Positions 14,601 to 29,600 are shown, counted from the first letter of the stretch. The stretch: DNA of 64,000 nt from Phoronis australis (GCA_002633005.1 NMRA01000466.1:100633-164632), one strand, 5' to 3'. The notes: a model not told the origin generated them from the letters alone. Numbers and translations: made by a program.

Positions 14601-17600
14601 GGTTTAGATAAAATCACCACAGTTGGGCCTAGTGCTGCCCTTTTAATTGCCACTGCTGTAGAAATGAGTGTGTTAGAACATTGGTAAATTCTGTAAACGT
14701 ATTCTAAAGAAAAAGTGTTTCATCAAAGACTTGACTCTTTGTTAATTTAGGTATTCACTGCGGAAGAATTCTCCAACTGTGGTGAAAGCTGTGAATACTT
14801 GTTCCACCGAGATGAAACTGTTAAAATCATCCGGTTTGTTCTCAACTCTGGTGAAAGGCCTACCCTGCACATTAGCATCTTGGGTTGTTATGGTGAGTGT
14901 CAAGAGTATCACATGATTGCATTCCGATCAGAAGGCGTATTGGACGACTCGACTGCTGTTTTCACTTGTGATTGCTCGTGGAACGTTTTGTCTTGCTGGA
15001 AGTTCTTTTAAGATGTCTTCTCCCATATTAGGCAGCAGGTCTACTGCCTTGTTGATGAGAAAGATACATTCCAGTGGCGTAACTTTTGCTTAATTTGCTG
15101 TTTGTTCAATGTTGATCATACATCATAATTTTGCTCGTCAGTGTTACCAAATTATCTGTAAGGTGGCATATAGGATGTTCTTAAAAACTCATTTTAACAG
15201 CTGATTTTTCTTCAGTTATGAGATCCTATACGCGCGTCGCCTTAAGTTTTCATAAATATACCTTATCTGAAAGTGATATGGGAATGACGTTGGACTGCAT
15301 CAAAGTTTAATTCTGTAATCTAGACATTCAGGTGCTTAATTTTTTTGGTTGACACTAAGCACAGATTGTTACAGCATAGAATCTGATATTGTGGCTTGAA
15401 TAGATGTTTCTGTGAAGTTATATTGCTCTTTCAACGGAATGTCACCATAACAGTCTGATGCTTAACTGTTTTCAAGTACTGCCAAGTGGGTAGACCTCAC
15501 TAGCTAGAACTGTACTGTGATGCCTTTAAACGATCTAATTTACATAGCGTATGTTTTCTATCACATTTACAAAAATTCCTAGACAGATGTATTGTTGATC
15601 CAGTGTATCTATCGCATTGGCTGCACGTTTTAATCACTGGTTTGTTTTATGTTAAATGTTCAAGTCCGGCCTTAATTTCTGGACAAGAGTGAAATCTTTT
15701 ATATATTTTTATGTAAAAATATTCTCATACCAGACTTTTTATTTCAATTTTACAGAGCAACCTTCAACTGTTGCCACAGAAAGCACCACAAGAGTGCCGA
15801 CATCAACACTCAGTCCTTCAACAGCTTCGTCTCCAATGACAACCGTTGCTTCGACAACACTATCCACTAGCAGCTCAACCTCTTGTGAGTCCTCGGCATT
15901 TGCATAGTAAAAGATTCTTTTTTAAGCAGTAGGTTAAGTGTGCACCATTTTTAGGAAACGCATTATTTTTTGCAATACATAGAAGTAGAGGGTAGAGTTT
16001 AGTAATGCTAGTATCTTACTGAAAATTGAGACTTTGTGAGATTACGTGAGGTATTGCTGTGTGTTTCAAATGAGAACAGGTGATTTTGGCTAGATTTTAA
16101 CGAGATCCTAGCGTATGTCGTAGCATTACTGAACTTTACCCAGGATATCTTAAGACTAAGTCTACACATAACGGTATATATTCATTATTCAAATGCTAAG
16201 CATATTTAAGACCATTGCACCATTACCAATCAGGCAATTGCCAACTTAGTGGATATTTTTAAAAATCCAATGTTCACTCATTGTATAATGGTTTGTTTTT
16301 CAATGGTACTCGTAACACTGCTTCATTTTTTACTTGCCATCTTTGCAACGTATTTGGGGCAACGTTAATTGATTTCTATTACGTGCCAAATCTTTATCAG
16401 GCAATTTCAGGGATTTTTTATGTTTTGAGCAGTTAGGAACATTAATACCTGTGACACGCTCAAGTTGATTCGTATGAAATTCAGGACACCCAACTGCTAA
16501 GAAATGGTGTTTCAGTTTTTTTATTTTTTGTTAAACATCAAGAGATATCGACTGCTAAAATGGAGACTGGTCTTTGATGACTGTTGTCTTTGTTGTTTGA
16601 GTCAATGTAAATCAAGACTCTGGGTGCCATGCATATTGACAGTAGAAACATATTAGTTGAAACACGATGTCATCCACTGTGTGGAGTTTTCAGAAATGTA
16701 ATGAATGTTCAAAAGGAAGGTGTGACATTTCTACAAAAACGATGGTCGCTTGATGATAACAATTCAGGCAATTATCCACCTAGCACACAATATGGCCGAC
16801 ACATGGTAATGCATTTTGTCACATCTTGCAACAAAAATAAGACAATTCTATTTGATTGATAAGGTAGTCTGTCCTGTGTAATTATGATAAAATAGCTCTT
16901 GGTCATCTCATACCGCCTTTGTAAAATCGAAAAGTGACCATTTCGGCCATTGTTTTTGTGTGAATTAAGCGAAGAATTACCTTAATGAACATTTTAAGGC
17001 ATGATTTTTGCTGTCAAGGGTGAAGACCTGGGGCCCGTTCCAAGAAACTGACTTCAGTTCATTTTTACTTAAGTTTTAAGATTTGTCCCAACTTCGAAAC
17101 TTTGAAACCTCCACATCTGGTAAGGTAGCTGAAATTAATACAAAACTTCTGTCAAAAACTCTAATTGAAGTTAAAACCTCTTTCTATAAATGAACTTTAG
17201 AAAAATTTAAGTTTTATCATGAACTTGACTGAAATTTAATATTTCTCTTAGCTAAGTTTTCTTAGAACAGACCATGGACAATCAAAATAATATATAAGAA
17301 GTAAAAAGAGGTCCCAAGCATTTTCTAATTCTTCAGTTCAAAGATTGGGAAGACTTGTTAATGACGTGAATACTGTCGACAAAAGCAAGCATGCCAACTT
17401 TATGCGAATTCAAAACTCACTCTGTTTTTACTAAAATGTACCGTGTGCTTGTTGCATTTTGCAGCTTCATCCTCTTCTTCAACAGTTACAACAGCACCAA
17501 CCACAACACCTGCACCAACAACAACACGTAGTTCCACAACTACACTATCTACTGAAACAACTGCAAGTACTACTCATGCGTCAACAACACCGTCTAGTCC

Positions 17601-20600
17601 TACGACTACGCCCTCTACTACTGCAACTACTGGATCAACCACCCCCCGTGCACCAACTACGACTCCTAGTCCTACGACTACACCATCCACTAATGCTACA
17701 ACTGGATCAACCACCACCCGTGCACCAACAACGACGCCTAGTCTTACGACTACACCATCCACCAATGCAACAACTGGATCAACCACCACCCGTGCACCAA
17801 CAACCACACCTAGTCCTACGACTACACCATCCACTAATGCTACAACTGGATCAACCACCACCCGTGCACCAACAACCACACCTAGTCCTACGACTACACC
17901 ATCCACTAATGCTACAACTGGATCAACCACCACCCGTGCACCAACAACCACACCTAGTCCTACGACTACACCATCCACTAATGCTACAACTGGATCAACC
18001 ACCACCCGTGCACCAACAACCACACCTAGTCCTACGACTACACCATCCACTAATGCTACAACTGGATCAACCACCACCCGTGCACCAACAACCACACCTA
18101 GTCCTACGACTACACCATCCACTAATGCTACAACTGGATCAACCACCACCCGTGCACCAACAACCACACCTAGTCCTACGACTACACCATCCACTAATGC
18201 TACAACTGGATCAACCACCACCCGTGCACCAACAACCACACCTAGTCCTACGACTACACCATCCACTAATGCTACAACTGGATCAACCACCACCCGTGCA
18301 CCAACAACCACACCTAGTCCTACGACTACACCATCCACTAATGCTACAACTGGATCAACCACCACCCGTGCACCAACAACCACACCTAGTCCTACGACTA
18401 CACCATCCACTAATGCTACAACTGGATCAACCACCACCCGTGCACCAACAACCACACCTAGTCCTACGACTACACCATCCACTAATGCTACAACTGGATC
18501 AACCACCACCCGTGCACCAACAACCACACCTAGTCCTACGACTACACCATCCACTAATGCTACAACTGGATCAACCACCACCCGTGCACCAACAACCACA
18601 CCTAGTCCTACGACTACACCATCCACTAATGCTACAACTGGATCAACCACCACCCGTGCACCAACAACCACACCTAGTCCTACGACTACACCATCCACTA
18701 ATGCTACAACTGGATCAACCACCACCCGTGCACCAACTACCACACCTAGTCCTACGACTACACCATCCACTAATGCTACAACTGGATCAACCACCACTCG
18801 TGCACCAACAACCACACCTAGTCCTACGACTACACCATCTACCAATGCTACAACTGGATCAACCACCACCCGTGCACCAACAACCACACCTAGTCCTACG
18901 ACTACACCATCTACTAATGCTACAACTGGATCAACCACTACCCGTGCACCAACAACCACACCTAGTCTCACAACTACACCATCTACTAGTGCAACAACGG
19001 AATCAACCACCCCCCGTGTACCAACTACCACACCTAGTCCTACGACTACACCATCTACCAGTGCAACAACTGGATCAACCACCACCCGTGCACCAACTAC
19101 CACGCCTAGTCTTACAACTACAGCATCCACAACTGAATCAACCACAGGATCTACAACTCGCACTCCAACGACCTCAACTGTGTCTTCCTCCTCTGGAACA
19201 ACTGGATCAACCTCGCCATCACCAACCACCACGGCTGAGTACTCTCCTCCTGAAGGTGAGATTGCTGGGTGCCAATTCTTTGATCTTGTTTTTACTATAC
19301 AGTGTGTAGTGAAGAATTAGTGCGAGCAGTCGAATACCCATTTCTACGCTTTATACGGCAGCCTCAGCTGCAAGTTAGTTTTCGTCTGACCCTAGTGGGG
19401 GTAGATGTTGCTGTCATATTTGTCTGGCATCTGCCTTTTTTCTTCATTTTAGTTGAAGAATCATGACGGGTTTTGACAAATGTGCTTCTTGAAAGGAGTG
19501 TCCAGGTGATGCTAGTTTTTGGATTGATTCGAGTAACTGTAACAGTTGTTATCCTTTGTAGTAATTATGACTTTTTATTCATGTCTCAATGGATGCATGT
19601 ACCAACTTTAGGTTCTTTTTACAGATGAAATATTCCTATAGCACGAAAAAGCTGAATCTCTTGATTTTGAGTCATTTTGCACCTCTACTGGTCACTAATT
19701 TTATATACACGAAAACTATATCAGGTGTCCCATAAAAAGTGAGCCTCTTTTTGACAAGTAATTTCTCAGCAATTGATCAACCGAATTCGTTTCAAATTTT
19801 CGCAGTGTGTCTTCAGCATGTCATCATCAAGTCATCTCAGAGAAGTATAAAAAATTATGGAAGTACTGTGAAATTCAAAACAGCCAGGTGAAAACCCTTT
19901 CCAGATTTGATGATGTTGGCACTATGGTGCCACACCACTTTTAAGTGTGCCCTGCCTCTTGTCCACTGGAGTGAGGTTTCTTACTATTTGATAAGGGTAG
20001 AGCATTTCCAGATGATATTTGGGGAAACAATAGAGTGATTTCAACCAAACTTAAAGCAATGGAGTGTGATGGCAATCTACAGGGGCCAATCAATTTTCAA
20101 ACATTTTTAACTCCTGCAGCACCTCCTAGTGGCAACTATTGTCTGAACAAAAGGGTCTTTTGAATATTTTGGGGTAAAAAGATAATAATAAGCCACAGAT
20201 TTTGATGAGGTTTGACATAGGGTCTTATGATGCCCATTTGCCAGCACCGTCTATCCTTCACTGAATTTGTCCACTGCAGCTCCCACTGCAAACCATTTTG
20301 GTTTTTGAAGAGGAGCTATTTAATATTTTTGGGTGAAGACCATTTTCAGATGGTATCTAGTGAATTTCCATTAAAATTGACTCACAGGTATTTAACAGCA
20401 TTGTGCCAGTCCAAGTCGCCATGAGTGGATTCCCCAAGTGCAGCACCTCCTAGTGGCTAATTTATTTTGTACATGATGCCCTCCACTAGATTTGAATTGT
20501 GTCCAACAGGTGTTGTGTCTCCTTAAATCATCTTGTGTGTATCTTTTTATATATCAAAATAGTACACAACACCTTTTTGAGGCTTAGTGCTGTGTCTGCT

Positions 20601-23600
20601 TCTGACATTTATTTCTTTGTTGATAACAATTTTGGTTGTCATAAAGTTTTTGGCTTGGTGTTAAATCTCAGTTTCGACTTACGTAACTATCCCTTGTGGT
20701 GTAAATGTTGTCTTTTTGTTGCCTAGCTCTTCTAGAAACATGCTGTTTGCATATACCAATGATGAACGCTTTGCATTACTCTTATTTTTAAATCGAAGTC
20801 AAAGCCGTTTTATGCACCTACATATTTATATGTGAGCACATTATTCCGTCCTCCCTGTCCCGTCCGTCCGTCCATCCGTCTGTCCGTCCGTCCGTCCATC
20901 CATCCATCCGTCTGGTGTCCATCCAGCATCTGCTGCTTTATCTTCAAAACCCTTTGATGTGTTTATGAAATTTTTGACATCTGTTCCTATCATGGATGGT
21001 ACGGCACGAGCGAACTTTCAGACAGATCCGACAACCGGTGTACTCCCTAGCAGCAATTTGAGTTTTTTATGTTTACGTCTGTATTATCAAAGGTCTGACG
21101 GATTTTCAAACATTTGACGGTTTTGTATTTTCGTGCCCATGTGTGTATCTCCTAAACCATCTGCAAGATTAAAACATGTAGTAATTCTATTTGATATGTG
21201 AAATTGACAATGGATGACAACGACATTCCAATAGATGAACGCTGTGTCCCTTAGTGGCAATTTCATTTTTCCGTTTTCCTCTGTTTCTCTGAAGTTCCAT
21301 GTTGGATTCTTATGAATAGCTTTCTATTGAAGAAACGACATGTTTCCGTTTTCAGATGGTTTCAAATTTTTTTGCCATCTAGTGCACTTTGCACTGTTTT
21401 GGTAACCACCTGTCTATCAACCAAATTACCCTAAGGATGATTTTGAAAATTGGCATTTATGCTTCTACTGTGAAGAGGAAGGCTGATGATAATTTTCCGA
21501 TAACTTGTATTCCTTTTGTTGCGTCTGTGACTGTATCTCCCAAGCCCCCTGCATAGGATCTTTATTAAATTTGGCAAGTGTATTTATATGAAGTTGAGAA
21601 CAGACAACAATGACATTTGGTTGGATCTGAATTCTACTGTGCCAGCCTGGTGACAATTTAATTTTGTTTCATTGTCCTCTGTAGTTTTGAAACTCCTTGG
21701 CAGATTTTTATGAAATTTAATAATTAGTATTGCAGTATTTCACACCCGCCGTGTCCCACTGTGTGTGTCATCAGCTTATACTCTGTGGTGGCATTACTGC
21801 GTCATTTTATCTTCACTTGAGAATGTAACAAGTATGTTTCGAAATATCGTGTGTCTTTTAATTTTGTCGCCAGGTCAGTTACTGTATCTATGTTCTGTTG
21901 AGAGTGGAGTTTTGTTCCGAAAGTACGAACGTAACGGAATAAAGACTGTGATCAGTGAAAAGTGTCGTGCCTTTAAGAAATTCTGTAGAACAATTTAATA
22001 ATTAGGTTAACTTTCTATTAAACAGTCCACAGGTTCCCGTTTTCAGGTAGATTCGACGTATAGCAGCTGTTTTTATTATCCTGAAATTTTGCAAATAGGT
22101 TTCTGTTAAGGAGATGGCAATCCCTTCTTATTTTCAGGCTGATTTGACATATCCTGTGCCTCTCGGTGGCCAATAAAAATTTTTGAGTACATTTTTGACC
22201 TCACCCTCTCCACCCACCAAATTGATTGATGGATCATTATTAAAGTTGCGTTCCTGATGAGAAGACCGAGGCTGATGTTGATTTTCGGACGTGTTCAACT
22301 ACTCTGGCCCGCCTGGCGACTATTTTGTATTTTTTCTTGTTTCCACTGCTGTATCTCCTTTACCCTTTGCAAGATCTTTCTGAAATTTAACAGATGTGTT
22401 CCTATGGAGATGGCAACTGATAACTACCTGTTTCAGACCAATCCAATTGCTGCTGCACTCCCTAGAAGAAATTTTATTTTTTACACTTGACTCAGTCTGT
22501 AACTTTAGAGTTCCTGGATGCTTTTCATGAAATTGGGCAAGTTCTATTATGACCGCAACAGTATCTTTCCTTTTTGTGATGGATTTGACATATTCTGCCC
22601 CAACTAGTGTCCATTTTAGTTATTATTTTGTCTGTTTTTCATTGTTTTGTTTCCGTATCTGTCAAACCACTCAGAGGATCATTATGAAAACTGGTAGATG
22701 TGTTCTTACTGACAAGAGCGTGACTGACGTTGATTTTCAAATGAGTGCAGCTATTGTGGTGACCCCTAGTGACATTTTTTTGTATCTACGCCTGTGTTTC
22801 CTAAACCTCTTACAAGATGTTTTTGAAATTTTGCAGCCTATACATGAATTTGTCTACTTCAGTCTGTGGTTGCTAATGGCAATTTGTCTTTGTATCTTTG
22901 GAGGTTTTTGACGGATTTTCATAAAATTTGGCAAATAATTTTGAGAAATGACAACAACTTCCCATTTTTGGATGGATTCAATGTATTCTGAGCCATCTAA
23001 TGGCCATTTTTATGATACCAATAACCTCCTCTAGAAGCACACGGCATTTCAAGTTGCCGCGTTGCTCTTAAAAATTATGGGATGCCCAGACCTCCAGCCC
23101 CTCCTTTTCCACCAGATCTGACATTAATATTAACATCTTTGTGTTAAAGAGCCTGTCTGCACGGAGAGTAAGTTATTGCATGATGGAGCAGCATCAAAAG
23201 TTGAAGGTGTTGACGCGGAGACACCTGTCACAATTGAAAGCATTCAGATTGGACCTGGCAGGAAGGGATACCGCCCTAATTACGTGTTGGATATGGCCGT
23301 TGTAAAAATCCACTTTCGTAAACCTCAGACCATGGGTGGATTCTTGATCAAAGCCCAGCACCTGAGGAACTTGCAGATTTATTTCGCAAACACAGTGGGT
23401 GCTGTCTGGCAGCCATACGATGAGGATGGTGAAGAAAAGGTAAGATCTTTGAACACCATTTATCATTGCTCTGTTTTGAAACTCACAATAGCGCTATAAA
23501 GTTAAAGTTAAATGAAAAATTATGTATTTTCATTACTTAAAATCCAAAATTTTGTGGTTGGAAGTAGACTGACAAGAGGTGGCCTGTTAAGTGACTACCC

Positions 23601-26600
23601 ATCCATGGTACGTTTGAACATTACATTTTCATAAGTAGGGTACATAATATTATATTTACGACTCTGTTAATCGCACACTATTGCTGAAGGAGTCTCTTTA
23701 GATGGCACTTGTGGATTTTGTTCATATTTTGTACCAATTGGGTGTAGGTGCGGAACTCCAGAAGTCACTTCTTTTTGATGGCCTGAAAGCATCCTCAAGG
23801 TCTCAGTTAGAAAATCTAGATTTAGTGTGGGAAAATGTTGATGGCATATATGTCAGAAACGAAGCTTTAGACTCTGAGGTTTTTCACACTTTCTGCCAAT
23901 ATGTGGTTAGGGCAAGTTTTGCCTGACATTTCAGGTGATCTTTACATCATTTCCAGGGGCACAGTGAGACAATATAATTTGTTTTAAAAAATTGTTTGCC
24001 AAGATCAAAGCTGCATTAGATTTTGCTTGTATTTTGTATTTAGCTGCATGTAAGACAATTCAGATGCCATTAGATCAGACCTTGATTTCAGTGACAAAAT
24101 CAGACTTAACCTCATGATAAAGTATTGGTGCTGCAATGTCTGAAGAAGGGAGCTTTTGAATTAGAATTTGTTTGAATTTTGTACTGAGGTATCGATGGGT
24201 TAATATTTGGCCTCAGTCAATTTTGGTGGAAATGATTTCAGGGACAAGAAAAACAAACTAAAGTTTTAATTTGTGAAAATGTTCTTGAAGGGACTTCTCC
24301 ATAACGAAGCTTAAAATGTCTGTTTTTGTACCTGAATGTGTAGTGCACGAGCATCTTAACCTTGACCTCATTTCCAAGGTCATGCCAAGGAAATCGAGAT
24401 ATTTACAGGGAATAATAGTGTTGGCACGGTATCTCAAGAAAGATGCATTTTACATTTTGTTTGTTTTTTGTGAGTAGGTGAGAGAGGCGCTAATCAAAGT
24501 TAACGATCTTGACTGTTATGTGTTAGATAGTTGTTTAATATCCTGAAACTTTTGTTAGATTGCACTTTATAGTTTGAATGCAAGGAAATGTCTTGAAATT
24601 TACAATACACGTCTGAAGCAAAGAGTCTATCATCAGTGACCTCATTTCATGATCATATTGAGAAATGTTGAGCTCAGTCTCATCATAAATGTCGAGCTCA
24701 GTCTCATCATAAATGCTGAGCTCAGTCTCATCATAAATATTGAGCTCAGTCTCATCATAAATGTTGACCTCAGTCTCATCATAAATGTTGAGCTCAGTCT
24801 CATCATGAATTGTATGAAAAGTTCATTGTTGTAAAAATTTTTGGAATTGTGTAATTGAGTAATTATTTTCAGATAGGTTGGAGTTAAAACATTGTGAAAA
24901 TATTCAATTTTGGTTCATTTTCACACAAGTCAAGTAATAACTACATAAAATTGTGGCCTTAAAATGCATGTATTCTAAGGCAGTGGGAAACTATTTGGTC
25001 ACCCTTTGAAAAAAGGCTTTTTCTCAATACCCCTTGCACAAATCTAAATGTGCTTTAATACAAAAAATTTTGATTCCGTTGGAGCATTTTGTCGTTTAAG
25101 TTTAAAGCGTGACCAAAACTGATAACCTCTTGAATATAAATGCTTGCCTAGCACGTTATTAGAGGCTGTACTGTGTTGCAGGTCTTCCCTGGAGAACTGT
25201 TCCAGGATTGTGGCGAGAGTGGTTGCCAGTATGATTTTGTAAGAAATGAGACGTTTGGTTCTATTCGATTTGCGCTGGGTAGTAATAGTGGTGAAAGAGT
25301 TCAGGTCAACCTGGAAGTTCTGGGCTGTTATGGTGAGTTCCAACCGCATTACCAGTCTTATTAAGAGCTATTTTTCATTCTGTTTTCACTGAAGTGAAAA
25401 TTATACTTACGATTGATTGCTGTGGGACTGACACTTCTTTTTTTTCATGACTATAATGGGGCCAGACTCCAATACCTATACTACCAATTTGATGGCGGTA
25501 TACTTTCTCTTGTGATGTATTTGGTCTTTTAACCTGTGGGAATTGACTATTATAATATTTTGATCAGGTGTGAACAGTGGGTAACAATTGCTGGTCACAC
25601 AACATAATGGGCCAATTACCAAGAGTCCAAGTTGTTGGAAATTCAGACACGTCGAGTGTTGTGGTACAATTCTGGACACGTGTCTGCCCTACTGGGATTT
25701 CCAAAGGAGGCCCAACCAGCATAAAACCCTCATGGGATTTTTTTGGAAACGAAGACACAAAAAGCTCCCATGTCGGATCTTTCATGATCATTTTGTGTTA
25801 TTTTACATGGAACAAATGTATAGAAAGTAAGGCAAGATAACTTCATTTTCTCAATTTTGATACTTGAAGGGACCATTAAAATATTTCAAATTTACTGATG
25901 AGCAATTAAAGGAGAATGCCACCCAAAACAACCTATTTTATATCAATTTAGATCGAGTAGTTCTACTCGATAACGGCAGGTTCGGTTGCGTTGCTTGAGT
26001 TGGAAACTAAACCTCCAGTCACGAAAAGACTATAATAGTGAGCCAAAGAAATAATGTGCACGTAATTATTTAATATTAGCCACGAATGAAACTGGAAATC
26101 TACTTACTTGTTGGGGGACGCAAAGTCGGGTTCCCCTTCCACAGGCTATCAGGGCAAAGGTTGTACAGTAACAGTGATTTGAATAATGTATTGTATTTCT
26201 AAATAAAGATTCCCCTAACATGTGACCATAGCATATAAAATCGAGTATTGTTTCACAACAGCTTTTCCAGCTAACAATGAATTAGCATGCGCTCACAGGG
26301 CTTTGGTGCCCGTTCAATTACCTTTGTTGCCGACATCAAAAGCCGGTAACGCAGTGGTTTATTCATTGCTGGCTTCTCAAAACATTTGCAGTCTCGAGCA
26401 CTCCAAGGCATTACAAATTGTATCTAACGAGACAGACTTTGTTTCAGTTTCATATAAGCATTGGTTAGGATCATTTTAGGATGAGAATAATTTATTTTGA
26501 AACAGAACGCAGAATAATAAACGCCTACATGGCAACTCGCCCGGCACCAATCCCGACTTAGTCAAGAGCTCATGCGACGAAGACTTCACGCGAGCCACTT

Positions 26601-29600
26601 CCTAAGCATTTCGGGCTCTCGATTAAGTTGAAAAAGCGATATACCCGCTTTCTTTGCTGCTTCATAGTTCGGACAAGCAGGAACGATGCACCGCAATATA
26701 GCAGCATTCACTGTGCAGATGAACCACTGACGTCGCTGCGTCGTTTCTCACCTTCATCACAGATTAACACGACACCTCTCGGCAAGGTGAGGTCGGCCGT
26801 ACAAGAGACGATATGGATATAGACCGATTAAGGCGGTAAAAAAAGACTAATTAAATCGGGTGGCATTCTCCTTTAACAAGAGGTCGCTGTACTATTCTTA
26901 TGTGTTACCTGTTTCGCGTTCACATGATAATAATTTGTTCAATAAGTGTTTGTCATTCACGCTAGCCTTGAAGTGGTCATTAACTTGAACTGTGGAAGCA
27001 AATTGGACGTCACAAGTTCTTAACGGGTACCCCTCTACATAGTGTACTGCATAATTGTGCTTCTTGGGTTTTGTAATCTCGAATACAATCAACTCTTATG
27101 GCTTCATGTGCTGAACAAAGGTGTGGAAGTAGCCTAAAGAGTACTTCACACTTCCCAATCAGTGCGTTAGTAATACTATTTATTAATCTCGTGTGGCACG
27201 TTCACTGAGTCCAATTGCTTCACTACAGAAGCCGAGCAAACAACGACGGTGAGCAGCCCTGTTCCCTCAACTACGTCCACACCAGCATCTACCATCAGTG
27301 TGTCATCTACAACGCCTAGTACCACAGCGTCATCACCTGCGATCAGCACAACACTTTCAATCTGTAAGTTTTTTTATTAAAATTCACGTACCTATTGATC
27401 CCCATGGCACTTCCAGGTTGTACGCTTTTCAAGTTGGGTGTTGTCACTAATTCCCTAAGTGTTGTAACCACTTTCCCCTCACCATGTGAATCTCCAGTTG
27501 TTGATGAAACCTACAGTTTTGGTCTTGTTTCCCTGCCTCATAGTGCTTGTAAAGGTGGTATCCTAAATGAGACTGTGTGATCTATCGAAAGCTTGAAACT
27601 GTGATAAATAACTTCATTCAATGTGATATGCCAAAAATGCTGTCTCCGAGTACCACCCAGTGTAGTGGTGGAAGTCAAATTTTTGACAAATGAACAACAA
27701 AACCAAAACAAATTTGACCAGATACTACCCGCACACTGGAACAGTGAGGAAATGAGGAGGAAACTATAGGTTCTTTTGCCTGGCTTTCAATCCAACTACT
27801 GCAATTTTCCGTTGCCATTTTTACTACTTAAAGCAAAAACCGTGAAATGTTTCTTATTTATGTTTATGCTGTTGCCACAGCAGTTATCCCATGCTTATTT
27901 GAGTATTGTTTCTTTGTTTACTACTCCCAGTTTCTTTGCTTTCCATGACATCCGCTTATGTTTTACCGTCAAAATCCGCAGTATTCACAACTCGCAGTCT
28001 GAAGGTTTTTAGCTTTTCCCTACTGCTTCCAAGCCACAACTGAGTTTAGATGTGGTTGTTTCCTCATATATTAAGGTGATTCCTCCTGCATGCTGGTGTT
28101 GAATTGTGAACAGACTGCGCGTCATCAAGTGCAACAATGGCCAATGGTGGCAGACTTGCCTCAACTCGACATCATCAACAAAGGCAGATGTGACTGTGCT
28201 ACGTGTCCCTCTGGTTTTGAAGCTTTTTACTACAATGTATCCAACACACGCATGTGTATAAAGCCTACTTCAAACTGCAGTACAACAGCGGGGGTGGTCA
28301 CAACCACTACATCCTCCACAAGTATTACACCTCCAACAACTAAATCATCCTCAACGGTGTCATTTATTGCAACAAATGGATCTACATCTCATGCACCAAC
28401 AACAACACCAACACCAACATCCACTGTTTCAACCAATGCAACAGTTATACCTTCCACATCACATGCACCAACAACCACACCAAGTCAAACAACTGTGGTA
28501 TCAACTAATGCCACAACTGCATCGTCCACAACTATGGCAGCTACGACCAAGCTACAACCAACAACTACCCTCGCCACAAATGGAACATCTAGGTCAACAA
28601 CTCACATTCCCAGTACCACAACTGTGTTATTCACTAATATCACAGGCTCAACCGCTTCACGCCCGACTACTGTTGTTCCATCAACTATGACGACCACTTC
28701 TGGCGGAATAAAAAATTTCACTTACACAACTGGGAAATTTTCGTTTCCCACTTTTACCACGGTCTCAGAAATCTCCACCTCCAAGTCGAGTAGCAGCATT
28801 TCAACTACCAGCAGACCTAGTAGTGCAGCGGTGTCCACTAATGCAACAACTTTATCAACTACTCATGCTCCAACAACAACACCAATTCCAACATCCACTG
28901 TTTCAACTAATGCAACAATTATACCTTCCACAACACATGCACCAACAACCACACCAAGTCCGAGAACTACAGTGTCTACTAATGCTACAAGTAAATCCAC
29001 AACAGTTCATGTGTCAACAACCTTACCTAGTCAAACAACCAGTATTTCAACTAATGCAACCACTGCATCCATTTCAACTCTTGCACCAAGCACCACATCA
29101 GGCCAAACAACTGTAGTATTGACTAATGCCACAACTGCACCATCCACAACTCTTGCAGCAACAAGTATTGTTTCCACTAATGCTACAACTTCATCAAGAA
29201 CTCGTGCTCCAACAACCACACCTACTCCAACGTCCACTGTTTCAACAAATGCAACAACTATACCTTCAACAAAACATGCCCCATCAACCACACCAAGTCA
29301 AACAACTGCGGTGACACCTAATGCTACAACTGCATCTTCCACAACCCTTGGAACAATGACCACACCTCAACCAACAACTACTCTACCGACGAATGCAACC
29401 ACTAGGTCACCAAGTCGAATTCCCAGTACCACAACTGTGATATTCACTAATGCCACAGGCTCAACCTCTTCACATCCAACCACTGCAGTTCCATCAACTT
29501 TGACAACCTCTTCCGGCAGAATGAAAAATATTTACACAGAGAAAATTTCGTTTGTCACTTTAAGCACCACCTCTGAATTCTCCACCTCCAAGTCGAGTAG

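Noticed and set aside
9133-19089. 72-bp arrays or the 24-bp array at 24663 as a CRISPR-like locus
   Set aside because: No unique spacers, no cas genes, eukaryotic intron-exon context
8870-19309. Long Gln/Leu/His/Pro ORFs (+, alternative frame) and Val/Gly-rich antisense ORFs over the arrays
   Set aside because: Shadows of ACN-rich PTS codons in stop-free repeat units; splice phases support only the Thr frame
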